A DNA stretch of 63,212 bases from NCBI GenBank assembly GCA_021163265.1, contig JAGGXC010000022.1:1-63212 (forward strand), read 5' to 3'. Position numbers and translations under genes: made by a program. The notes beneath the pieces are model-generated. The model was not told the DNA's origin, searched no databases, and worked only from the letters and a program-made list of their open reading frames with translations. This DNA is from a bacterium. Lineage in GTDB: Bacteria; Patescibacteriota; Minisyncoccia; Minisyncoccales; JAGGXC01. Below are positions 27,060 to 36,087 of the stretch, in pieces; position 1 is the stretch's first letter, and each line of letters opens with the position of its first letter.

Positions 27060-28919
27060 TTATCTGATTCTATAAGTGTGTTTTGGATAAGCCAAAAACC
27101 CTCCATTATTTATCTTTATATCGATACCATCAGTTATATCAAACACTTCTTTGACTTCTCCCTTAGATTTATAAAAGAATTCATTAAAAGAAAAAAGCAC
27201 CCGTGTATTACTTTCTTGATCTTCCCATAAAATACCTTTATTAAGCACATACCTTTTATCCATAAAAGGCAAAACTTCTATGTAGTCTTTGTTTGACTTT
27301 GAAACTAATTCTTTTTCTTTTTCGTTCAATAATGAGTAATTGATAAACGGAACAGCTTTATTAGCTAAAAATTTATAGTAGTTGATCTTCAAAGGAGAAA
27401 AATCGTCTGGATGCCAGAGCACAAACGAAGTTTTATAAGCAAGGTATTCTTTTCCTTCGAAAACCTGTTTTATATTCCTTCGTTCTTTATCTTTTTCTTG
27501 AAAAGATAAAGAAGCAGAACCAACAGAAGGTATACCAAACGGACCTATTGACTCAACAAATGGTAAATAACCCATTTCTTGTGTGGCTGATAAAAATTGC
27601 ACCAATTGATCAATGGGGGGTCTTGATTCTTCCTGAGAATAATCGGTCTTAAACGCTGCTGTAAATGAGTCATGCCATAATCCATCAAATCCAAATAGCC
27701 TTTTGATTTCTTTCAGTTTTTTTAAAGCGTAAGTCAAATATCCACTTCGATAACTCATTAAATACACCTCCCCCGAATGAGCAGAAGGGTATTTGCCTTT
27801 AGCGTCTCTGATTTGCCACTGGTTATCTCTATACAAAGGTGATTTTTTGGAATAACAAGTGGAGAACCAAGCTATAAGATTCATACCCAGATTGTGAGTT
27901 GTTTCCACAAAATACTTAAGACCTTCCTCATCTTCAGAAAGAACTTCTATATCATGAGTAGCAAGCCGGTTACCTCCGAAGGACCCCCCAATTCTTCCAT
28001 CACTAACCCAGATAGGAATAATCATTACCTGTTTAAAACTATGACGAGAAAAATCTTGTAACCATCTATCAGCTACTTCTTTATAAAGAGGCGCCTGACC
28101 TGCCTTTATTTCTTGAACAAGATAATCAGTGGCTAATACTGTAGGCAAAGGTGCAAATTCTTTTAATCCGTAAAATTTACGATACTCTTCGCTGATTTTA
28201 TCAAGAAGATAAGTATATTCATCTAATCCACCTTTAGAAGAATATAGGACTACTCTAAAAGAACTCTCTGCTTCTTTTGTTTTACCAAATAAATATTTAT
28301 CATTAAACCACAGTTGTTGCGAATCTATCTCTTTCTCTATGGTATTTTCCAACTCTTCTGGAGGCCAAATAAAAGAGACTAAAGCACCGGATTCGTCATA
28401 TTGGTACACAGGAGGTTGAGATTGTCCGAATAAAGAAGATACTTTTGATTGAAAAAAATCTCTGGATTTAAAATAATGCTCCCATTCTGTTTTTATGCGA
28501 CGAGAAAATAGAATTTTTCCTACAACACTCTCATTCAATTCCCAAGAAGATCGGAATCCCATCTTCGAAATTTCTATCGGACTAGAGACACGAAATCTAA
28601 AACCAAATCCATTGTATTGATTCTCTTCTACTTTCAAATCCCACGGAACAAAGATCCAATCTAAGTTCAAACTACCCTTTTCGATCACTAATTGACTATG
28701 AACTATAACTGCTTCTCCTTTTGTTTCATACCCTTCAAACAAACAACTATCTTGGCTAATCTTCTGGAACTTTCCGTTGTTTATCTTCTCAATATACGGT
28801 ATTCCCGTAGGAAACGGATTTCGCAAAGAAACATTGTTTAATTCTACATTACCAATTCCCAATATTTGATCTCCATTAAGTAATAATTCAATCCTCAGAC
28901 CATTCTCCCACTGAACCAA
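27060..28919 (-). CDS. Putative TIM-barrel glycoside-hydrolase-like protein (downstream part of a TGA-interrupted gene)
   Basis: Pattern resembling glycosidase beta-strand motifs (GMNLIAWF, FGFDGLWHDSF). The frame stays open up to the TGA at 29043-29045. Confidence 0.6.
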   Translation of the reverse strand: MVQWENGLRIELLLNGDQILGIGNVELNNVSLRNPFPTGIPYIEKINNGKFQKISQDSCLFEGYETKGEAVIVHSQLVIEKGSLNLDWIFVPWDLKVEENQYNGFGFRFRVSSPIEISKMGFRSSWELNESVVGKILFSRRIKTEWEHYFKSRDFFQSKVSSLFGQSQPPVYQYDESGALVSFIWPPEELENTIEKEIDSQQLWFNDKYLFGKTKEAESSFRVVLYSSKGGLDEYTYLLDKISEEYRKFYGLKEFAPLPTVLATDYLVQEIKAGQAPLYKEVADRWLQDFSRHSFKQVMIIPIWVSDGRIGGSFGGNRLATHDIEVLSEDEEGLKYFVETTHNLGMNLIAWFSTCYSKKSPLYRDNQWQIRDAKGKYPSAHSGEVYLMSYRSGYLTYALKKLKEIKRLFGFDGLWHDSFTAAFKTDYSQEESRPPIDQLVQFLSATQEMGYLPFVESIGPFGIPSVGSASLSFQEKDKERRNIKQVFEGKEYLAYKTSFVLWHPDDFSPLKINYYKFLANKAVPFINYSLLNEKEKELVSKSNKDYIEVLPFMDKRYVLNKGILWEDQESNTRVLFSFNEFFYKSKGEVKEVFDITDGIDIKINNGGFLAYPKHTYRIR

Positions 28920-29042
28920 AACAGATTTTTTCGTTCTGACAACTAAGGGAGATTTTTTCTCCGCTATGTCAGAAAAAATTAAATCTGTAGAATTTACTAC
29001 AGAGGGGTTTACTTCTATCTCTTTTTGAACATACTGACCATT

Positions 29043-29369
29043 TCACGTATAAACTTCTATTATGGCTCTACCTTGAGGAATATCTAAACCAAGATAGGTT
29101 GCTCCATATACCTTTACTGGATTTCCATTAACAAAAACAGAAGCATCATAAACAGGTTTCAATAGGATATCACTATAGAAAATCCTTGCGGAAACAATAC
29201 CGGTTGTCTTTACGCTTTCATTGTTTTTCTGTTGATTCTCCAATATTATGAAAACTACAACTGACAAAACTAAAAAAATAATTCCAATCTTTATCTTCTT
29301 ATCTATTTTTCCTAGATTCACAGATGAATGGTTAATTAAATTTCTTAAGAGATAGCTCTTGAAAAACAT
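29043..29369 (-). CDS. Signal-anchor plus beta-sandwich fragment (upstream part of the same interrupted gene)
   Basis: TM anchor IGIIFLVLSVVVFII. Same reading frame as 27060..28919, separated only by one TGA. Confidence 0.55.
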   Translation of the reverse strand: MFFKSYLLRNLINHSSVNLGKIDKKIKIGIIFLVLSVVVFIILENQQKNNESVKTTGIVSARIFYSDILLKPVYDASVFVNGNPVKVYGATYLGLDIPQGRAIIEVYT

Positions 29370-29443
29370 TGGGCGTATCAGGATTCGAACCTGAGACCTC
29401 TGCGATGTGAACGCAGCGCTCTAACCATCTGAGCTATACGCCC
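29370..29443 (-). tRNA. tRNA-Val (anticodon CAC)
   Basis: Manual cloverleaf: GGGCGTA/TACGCCC acceptor, anticodon arm CTGCG-TTCACAT-CGCAG, T-loop TTCGAAT. TATAAT 7 nt upstream. No encoded CCA. Confidence 0.9.
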
Positions 29444-29501
29444 TTTTTACATTATACTAAATTATACTGATTTAGCTCAAAAATAAAAAGGGGGTAAAAG
29501 A

Positions 29502-29735
29502 CTAAATTTCTGTACCAGTAAGAGTTTTGGTATCTAAAACCCCCTTCATATATCTTATTTTCTCTATTAGAAACCTTCCAAGTTCATCAAAGCTTTCTAT
29601 TTTTATCTTCGCTATCAAATCATATTCTCCAAAAAGCGGGTATACCTCTAAAATTTCAGGCATCTCTGACAAGGTATTATAAACCTTGTGCTCATATAGA
29701 GGAGCTACACTTATCAACACAAACGCTATCGGCAT
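29502..29735 (-). CDS. Stand-alone Lrp/AsnC-type ligand-binding (RAM) domain protein
   Basis: 77 aa with beta-alpha-beta-beta-alpha-beta pattern (VYPLFGEYDLIAKI). TTGACA promoter and GGAGGT Shine-Dalgarno upstream. Confidence 0.65.
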   Translation of the reverse strand: MPIAFVLISVAPLYEHKVYNTLSEMPEILEVYPLFGEYDLIAKIKIESFDELGRFLIEKIRYMKGVLDTKTLTGTEI

Positions 29736-29850
29736 TATTCCATACCTCCGCTTTATAACAAAGTACTAAATGATAATATACTGCTATCTACTGTATTGTC
29801 AAGGTTTTTAAATATTTCTTTAAAAGAGGAAAAATTATATAATAAAAAAT

Positions 29851-31911
29851 ATGCAAATATTTGAATTTCATTTCAATCCCCGACAAGAAAACAAAATCTT
29901 AGATAGCTTTATTTATGAACCAGAAAGCCCAGAAGAAAAAAGGCTGGGAAGTTTGTATATCGCAGGGGAACTAAAAAATTCTTTATCTCGGAACAAAAAG
30001 CTCATTGAAAATATTGCCCTAACCATTAAAAAAAGTTATTTCAAAAATCCACCCAAATCTCCTCTCGAGGCTCTAAGAAGAGGTTTAAAACAAGCAAATA
30101 ACTTTCTTGAAAATGAAGCAAAAAGAGATAATATTGACTGGTTAGGAAATCTTAACATTGCAGTAATAAGTATTAAAAATTTTAATCTAAATTTTACTAA
30201 GACTGGCAACGTAAAAATACTTCTCGTAAGAGGAAAAAAAGTAATAGATATCGGAAAGGAAATCGACAAAAAAAATCAGGATATTCCTTTATCTAAAACG
30301 TTTTCAAACATTGTTTCTGGTCAACTTTATCCAAAAGACAGATTGCTTATTTTAGCAAATGATATTTTTAGATTGTTTCTTAAAGAAAATATATTATCAG
30401 AGATCATTACTATATCAGGAAAAGAAAAGAAAGAGAAAAAAATAGAGAAAGAACTTAAAAAGATCTTCAAAAAGAAAAAGTCAATCCTGGATAATATTTC
30501 TGGTTTTTTTCTTCTATTAATAGCAGAGAGAGCTCAAAAACCAAAAGAACTAAAAGACACTCATCCTTTACTACCTCGAATTTCAAAAACACCATTTATA
30601 TTCTCTGGTGTAATAAAGACCGTTACTCTCATTACCAAAAATATAAGTAATCTTTTCGGAAAACTCTCCAAAAATAAAAAAACAAAACCCAAAAAATTTC
30701 CGAAGCTTTTACACGTATTTGGCAAATTTAAACCCAATAAACCGGCAGTTTCCTCGATAAAATTAGGAAAGCTGTTTGAATTTAACTTTTTAATCAAAAC
30801 ACAAAAAGCTATTATTTCTGATTCCTTCAATTTCTCTTTTAGAAAAAAGGTGATCTTAATAATTATTTTTATAGCAGTACTGACAACGGGATTCTATCTT
30901 TTTCATTCACAAAAGAAAAAAAGAATACAAGAAATGCAAATCATATTAAATGAAAGTAAAGAACTAATTACAGAAGCAAAGGAAGCTGCTAATAGAAAAG
31001 AATCAGACAAAGCAAACCTCCTTTACCAAGAAGCGTGGAGAAAACTATCTCCTTTGTTTGAGAAAGAAGGTATTCCATTAGAAGATCAAGTAAAAGAAAC
31101 TAAACTATTTCTTCAAAATGAACTTTTCTCAATCAACAAAGTAGAAAGTATTTCACCCGAATTTTTATTTGAATTCAGAGATGACAACTATCATCCCCAA
31201 AAAATATTCGTTCTCGGAAAAAGAATATATTTCATTGAACCAAATAAAGATCAAATATATATATTTGATCTCAAAGAAAGAAAGGGACATTTTCTTAGTC
31301 TCGCTAGCCAAATTAAATTAGCAACCAATCTTCAAGGAAAAATAGTAACTTTTTCCGAGCCGGACAAACTTTCAATTGGAGGAGATAACCAAATAACGTC
31401 AGAAAAGAAATTAATCTTTCCCTCCTCCCCTCTTAATCTTGTTGATCTATCTTCGTTTGGTAACAATCTCTATTTTCTTGACAGCAACCAAAAAGAAATC
31501 ATAAAGTTTTTAATCCAAAACAAAGATACAATAGAGGGCACTTCATGGTTTAAGAAAAATACAAAAAAGCCATCGGATCCAAAATCAATGGCAATAGATA
31601 GTTCTATATGGATTTTAGACTCTCAAAATAAAATATGGCAATTTTTTAAAGGGGATTTTAAAAAAGAAATCGATCTCAATATTTTTCCTTTTCCAAAAGA
31701 ATTTTCTAAGATAATCACCCAACCTCAATATAAATATATATATTTACTTGAACCTTCAAATAACAGAATAATCGTTATAAACAAAGAAGGGAAATTAATA
31801 AGACAATTTATAAATAATGAATTAAAAGAATTGAAAGATTTTTGTCTTGATCCTTTTGAAAAAAACATCTACCTTCTCGATGGAACAAAAATATACCAAC
31901 TCAAACTTTAA
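29851..31911 (+). CDS. Membrane protein: N-terminal PPM/SpoIIE-like (apparently inactive) domain, TM segment, C-terminal beta-propeller-like repeats
   Basis: PPM-like pattern with GN replacing GD (TKTGNVKILLVRG) and ND replacing DG (LLILANDIF). TM helix ILIIIFIAVLTTGFYLF. Repetitive beta-rich C-terminus. Confidence 0.5.
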   Translation: MQIFEFHFNPRQENKILDSFIYEPESPEEKRLGSLYIAGELKNSLSRNKKLIENIALTIKKSYFKNPPKSPLEALRRGLKQANNFLENEAKRDNIDWLGNLNIAVISIKNFNLNFTKTGNVKILLVRGKKVIDIGKEIDKKNQDIPLSKTFSNIVSGQLYPKDRLLILANDIFRLFLKENILSEIITISGKEKKEKKIEKELKKIFKKKKSILDNISGFFLLLIAERAQKPKELKDTHPLLPRISKTPFIFSGVIKTVTLITKNISNLFGKLSKNKKTKPKKFPKLLHVFGKFKPNKPAVSSIKLGKLFEFNFLIKTQKAIISDSFNFSFRKKVILIIIFIAVLTTGFYLFHSQKKKRIQEMQIILNESKELITEAKEAANRKESDKANLLYQEAWRKLSPLFEKEGIPLEDQVKETKLFLQNELFSINKVESISPEFLFEFRDDNYHPQKIFVLGKRIYFIEPNKDQIYIFDLKERKGHFLSLASQIKLATNLQGKIVTFSEPDKLSIGGDNQITSEKKLIFPSSPLNLVDLSSFGNNLYFLDSNQKEIIKFLIQNKDTIEGTSWFKKNTKKPSDPKSMAIDSSIWILDSQNKIWQFFKGDFKKEIDLNIFPFPKEFSKIITQPQYKYIYLLEPSNNRIIVINKEGKLIRQFINNELKELKDFCLDPFEKNIYLLDGTKIYQLKL

Positions 31912-32581
31912 TTCTTTTGTTTCTAATTTTCTGCAGATCTCTTTTTACTTCCCATTTTAGTTTCTCTAAAAATCCAACTTTTTCTTTTATTAGTTTAACC
32001 TTCTTTTCTTTCACAGCTTGAATAATTTCATTAACAGAAAGATTCTCTCCTTCTATTTCTAATCCAGCTTTTCCTAAGAACTCCGCCCCATGACTATCTG
32101 AACCCGCTGTAAAAGGAAGATCTAATTCCTTTGCAAGAGCAAGAGCTTTTCTGTTGAAAATCTCAGGAATAGAAGCATTCCAAACTTCTATAGCAAAATC
32201 ACCTCTATCAAAATTTTTCATAAGAGTTCTTATATCGCCCTTAAAAGGATGTGTCCAAACAAGCGGGTGAGCAATCACTGCCAATCCTCCCAACTTCTTA
32301 ATTGCAATAATTGTCTCCCTTGCGCTTAAACCGTCAGGTATTTTTTCTTTTATATTAATACCTAAAATATCTCCTTCTTTGCTCCGAATTTCAATACCTG
32401 GTATTACCAAAAAAGAGCTTTTAAAAGAAAGATCAAGAGCCTCTAGAGCCCCTTTTATCTCGTGATGATCTGTAATACAGATAGCTCCAAGCCCTCGAGA
32501 AATAGCACTTTCCACTATTTCTCGAGGGGAACTTAAAGCATCATATGAATATATAGTATGGATATGAAAGTCTACCTTCAC
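31901..32581 (-). CDS. PHP-domain metal-dependent phosphoesterase
   Basis: VDFHIHTIYSYD ... ICITDHH ... AHP ... GSDSHG motifs. Confidence 0.8.
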   Translation of the reverse strand: MKVDFHIHTIYSYDALSSPREIVESAISRGLGAICITDHHEIKGALEALDLSFKSSFLVIPGIEIRSKEGDILGINIKEKIPDGLSARETIIAIKKLGGLAVIAHPLVWTHPFKGDIRTLMKNFDRGDFAIEVWNASIPEIFNRKALALAKELDLPFTAGSDSHGAEFLGKAGLEIEGENLSVNEIIQAVKEKKVKLIKEKVGFLEKLKWEVKRDLQKIRNKRIKV

Positions 32582-32583
32582 TT

Positions 32584-33042
32584 TTATTTCAATTCCACTT
32601 TTGCCCCGGCTGCTTCAAGTTTCTTCTTTAATTCCTCAGCTTCTTCTTTTTTAACATTTTCTTTTATTACCTGTGGACCATTTGCTACAGCATCAACCAA
32701 ATCTTTGGCTTCTTTTAATCCTTTTTGAGTAATATCGCGAACAGCTTTAATTACTTCGATCTTTTTATCTCCGATTGCAGTTAACTGAACAGTAAATACT
32801 GATTTCTCTGGCGCTGCTTCTCCCGTACCTGCTGCCACCCCAGGAGCAGCGGCTACTACTTGAGGAGTAGCTGAAACTCCAAATTTTTTCTCAAGCACTT
32901 TAACTAATTCTGCTAAATCAAGAACAGATAAACTTTCTATTTCTTTTACTATTTTCTCGAACTTTTTGGGCACTTCTATCTCTTCCTCTTCTTTCTTAGA
33001 TTCTTCTTGGGTTTTTTCTTCTTTTTTTTCTTCTTCTGACAT
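32584..33042 (-). CDS. rplL: 50S ribosomal protein L7/L12
   Basis: Canonical N-terminal dimerisation helix, Ala/Gly hinge and C-terminal domain. About 23 aa Glu/Lys-rich extension unless GTG at 32973 is the true start. Confidence 0.9.
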   Translation of the reverse strand: MSEEEKKEEKTQEESKKEEEEIEVPKKFEKIVKEIESLSVLDLAELVKVLEKKFGVSATPQVVAAAPGVAAGTGEAAPEKSVFTVQLTAIGDKKIEVIKAVRDITQKGLKEAKDLVDAVANGPQVIKENVKKEEAEELKKKLEAAGAKVELK

Positions 33043-33067
33043 ATTTAACTGTAGTTATTTTGATTTA

Positions 33068-33586
33068 TTATTTGTTAATTGCGCTAAGAATGTAAAGTAG
33101 ACCTTTAATGTTATTTTCTAATACTCCCACAAAATTAGATAAAGGAGCTTTGATACTTCCAACAAGCCGTGACAACAGTTCTTGTCTTCCAGGAATCTTA
33201 GCTAATTCACTAATTTGTTTCTTTCCTATGAAGGCGTTTTCAAAAACGCCACCCAAAATCTTTAAATTCTCGTTCTGTTCAGAAAATTGGTAAACTATTT
33301 TTACCGGTGACAATTCATCTCCAAAACCGAAAACTACTCCTAACTCTCCTTTTAAATCATCAACGAATTCCACCCATGATTTCTGATAACTTTCGAGAGC
33401 TTTTTTGAATAGCGTTTTCTTTGATACCTTAAACAAAGAATTGTTTTCTTTTAATTTCTTTCTTAAATCCTGTAAATCTTTTGTTTTAAGACCAGCGAAA
33501 TCAACAAATATCATCGTCTTTTGACGATTCATCTTCTCTTTTAGATCTTCTAAAATTTGTTCTTTCTGCTTACGTGTTAGAGGCAT
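33068..33586 (-). CDS. rplJ: 50S ribosomal protein L10
   Basis: L10 family pattern; rplJ-rplL synteny. Confidence 0.9.
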   Translation of the reverse strand: MPLTRKQKEQILEDLKEKMNRQKTMIFVDFAGLKTKDLQDLRKKLKENNSLFKVSKKTLFKKALESYQKSWVEFVDDLKGELGVVFGFGDELSPVKIVYQFSEQNENLKILGGVFENAFIGKKQISELAKIPGRQELLSRLVGSIKAPLSNFVGVLENNIKGLLYILSAINK

Positions 33587-33589
33587 ATT

Positions 33590-33700
33590 TTTGATGTGAA
33601 AATTAAAAAAAACTGCTTTCCGCAGACAAATTAATTAAAAAGTAAATTTTTTTCCTCGGCAGGTCTTATCAAAAATGCCTGCTGTCTGCGGAAATCACTA
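33590..33700 (-). promoter_or_regulatory. Structured rplJ leader (L10-leader-like attenuator)
   Basis: 12-bp long-range helix tttccgcagaca (33617-33628) / tgtctgcggaaa (33683-33694) enclosing a gcagg/cctgc hairpin. On the minus strand the 3' arm is followed by T8. Confidence 0.5.
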
Positions 33701-33724
33701 GAATATTTTTATCTTACAAAACCA

Positions 33725-34408
33725 TTAATTGGTTGTCAATACTTTAATTACTGCTTGAGCAAATTCACTTGCCGCCGCAGGACCATTCGCTGTGACAATT
33801 TTTCCATCTATTACCACTGGTTTATCTTCATAAATTGCACCGTTTTCTTCTAGAATTCTTATACTGCTTTTATCTAAAACACTTGACCATACCGTTGCTC
33901 TTTTCCCTTTCAGAACACCCGCTTTTGCAAGAATAACTGGAGAAATACATATAGAACCCAAAGTTTTATTTTTAGCTACTACTTCTTTGAGTAAATCATA
34001 TGAATCTTCTTTATCAAGATATTTCAGACAACCAGGTCCTCCCACAAATAATACTGCATCTAACTCATCAAGGTTCAAATCAGTTAACAGAATATCTACT
34101 TTTGTTTCTCCTCCATCTGCCCCGATTGCTGTACCTGTAGCAGTGCTTGCTGTCAAAATCTCTGCTCCAGCTTTTTCTAAAATACCTTTAGGAACAAAGT
34201 ATTCCTCATCTCGGAAATCCCTAAAAGCTATTATCATTGCAATCTTTTTATTTTTTAAGGGAGTGTTCTCTTCCATAGTGTTTATATTATTTTTCAAAAA
34301 ATTATTATTTTCTTTTTTAATATCTTTTCCCAAAAAAAGAGAATAACTCAAAAATATTGCTATTACTAAGATTACAACTATTCCAAAAAATACCACAAAC
34401 TTCTTCAT
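33725..34408 (-). CDS. DJ-1/PfpI family protein with N-terminal membrane anchor
   Basis: Nucleophile-elbow motif GSICISPVILA; VGGPG. Confidence 0.8.
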   Translation of the reverse strand: MKKFVVFFGIVVILVIAIFLSYSLFLGKDIKKENNNFLKNNINTMEENTPLKNKKIAMIIAFRDFRDEEYFVPKGILEKAGAEILTASTATGTAIGADGGETKVDILLTDLNLDELDAVLFVGGPGCLKYLDKEDSYDLLKEVVAKNKTLGSICISPVILAKAGVLKGKRATVWSSVLDKSSIRILEENGAIYEDKPVVIDGKIVTANGPAAASEFAQAVIKVLTTN

Positions 34409-34430
34409 AGTCTTTCGTAGTTATAATATT

Positions 34431-35468
34431 TTACCTCAGATACTTAATTTTAGCAATATTGTGTTCTTCTAATGTTCTACTGAAAATAGTTTTTCCATCA
34501 GGCGTAGAAAGATAATAGAAATATTCGCTCTCTTGAGGATAAATAGCAGCCAAAATACTCTCAATCCCCGGATTACAAATGGGACCGGCTGGTAAGCCAG
34601 TATATTTATAAGTATTATAAGGAGAATCTATCTTTAATTCTTCTCTTGATATAGCTGTAGTTTTCTTACCAGTAATATAAGAAATAGTAGCGTCCACTTG
34701 TAAAGGCATATCTCTTTTTAATCTCTTCCATAAGATTCCCGAAACAATCTTTTTGTCTTCTGGTGTCTTAACTTCTTTCTCTATTAATGAAGCCATAGTA
34801 ACTATCTCAAATATCGTTTTTTTCTGTCGTATTATCTCTTCTCTCAAATCTGGTGTAAGCTTTTTATTAAAATTAGACAACATCATTTCAATGATCTCTT
34901 TTGGAGTACTATTCCTCTTTATAAAATAGGTGTCCGGGAAAAGATAACCCTCGAGACTTATATTCTTAGGTTTATCAGCTAAAAAATCATATTCTTCACT
35001 AAAGTCCGGTGGGGGTGGCAAATCTTTTTTCTTAGAATAATCCACTCTGGGATATCCTGCTATTTCAAAAAACTCCTCTTTTTTGAATAATCCTTCTTTT
35101 TCAAAATAATCAGCGATATTTTCTATATTCCACCCCTCGATAATAGTTATTTTTTCCTCTATGGTCTTACCTGAAACAATACGATCTGTTATTTCTTCAA
35201 CACTCATAGAGGGCTTCAATAAGTACACACCTGCCTTGAGATCTTTTGAATGGTTCGTTAATAAAACATAAAAAATAAAAAAAATTCTATTTTTTATTAT
35301 TCCATCCTCAGATAAATTCGCGGCAATCTCCTCCACACCTTCTCCTTTCTTTATCAAAAAAACTTTCTCTTCTTGAGAATTACTATCTAAGGGTAAATAT
35401 ATACCCTGCCAAAGATAAAGTAACCCCCCTATAAAAATTATAAGAATGATAAAGACGATTTTCTTCAT
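34431..35468 (-). CDS. mltG: Endolytic murein transglycosylase MltG (YceG-like)
   Basis: N-terminal TM; YceG signature SPYNTYKYTGLPAGPICNPG. Confidence 0.9.
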   Translation of the reverse strand: MKKIVFIILIIFIGGLLYLWQGIYLPLDSNSQEEKVFLIKKGEGVEEIAANLSEDGIIKNRIFFIFYVLLTNHSKDLKAGVYLLKPSMSVEEITDRIVSGKTIEEKITIIEGWNIENIADYFEKEGLFKKEEFFEIAGYPRVDYSKKKDLPPPPDFSEEYDFLADKPKNISLEGYLFPDTYFIKRNSTPKEIIEMMLSNFNKKLTPDLREEIIRQKKTIFEIVTMASLIEKEVKTPEDKKIVSGILWKRLKRDMPLQVDATISYITGKKTTAISREELKIDSPYNTYKYTGLPAGPICNPGIESILAAIYPQESEYFYYLSTPDGKTIFSRTLEEHNIAKIKYLR

Positions 35469-36082
35469 TTTTCTATTAAAGGAACGAAAGCAAAACCGGG
35501 AAATTCTTTTTTCTCAAAATCTTTTTCTGATTTTTTAATAAAAAGCCAGATAGAAGAACGAATAGGAGTTACAATTCTTCCTCCAATTTTTAATTGTTCC
35601 TTCCAAGAGCAAGGAATTTCATTTTGGACAGCTGCCGAGCAGAGTATTTTATCAAAAGGAGCTTCTTCTCTATACCCCTTGGAACCGTCTCGGCAAAGAA
35701 ACTTAACTCTTCCTTCTTTAACAAAATTATATTTTGAGACATTTTTTTCGCCAAATTCCATTAATTCAGGAATAAGTTCTATACCAATAACCTTTCCTTC
35801 AGGACCTACTATTTCTCCAAGAAGAGCAGTTGTCCAACCAGAACCAGAACCTATATCTAGAATCTTATCTCCTTCTTTAGGATTCAGATTTTCAATCATA
35901 AAAGCCACCACTAAAGGCTGAGAAATCGTCTGACCAAATCCAATTGGTAAAGCTTGATCGAGTTCAGCAAGATCTTTTATTTTCTCGGGCAAAAAATCAA
36001 CTCTTTTTATTTTCTGAAAGGCTTGAATAATGCGCGGCGTTCTCAGCCATTTCTCTTTTATTAATGACTCTATTAACCCCAT
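35465..36082 (-). CDS. pcm: Protein-L-isoaspartate O-methyltransferase
   Basis: QTISQP and SAM-binding ILDIGSGSGW motifs. Confidence 0.88.
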   Translation of the reverse strand: MGLIESLIKEKWLRTPRIIQAFQKIKRVDFLPEKIKDLAELDQALPIGFGQTISQPLVVAFMIENLNPKEGDKILDIGSGSGWTTALLGEIVGPEGKVIGIELIPELMEFGEKNVSKYNFVKEGRVKFLCRDGSKGYREEAPFDKILCSAAVQNEIPCSWKEQLKIGGRIVTPIRSSIWLFIKKSEKDFEKKEFPGFAFVPLIEK

Positions 36083-36087
36083 ATTAT

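Noticed and set aside
29043-29045. Genome-wide UGA reassignment (code 25, as in Gracilibacteria/SR1) as the explanation for the in-frame TGA
   Set aside because: TGA clearly terminates conserved genes at their expected ends in this window (murD at 1451-1453, the recombinase paralog at 8754-8756, murF at 56704-56706). UGA is therefore a normal stop here.
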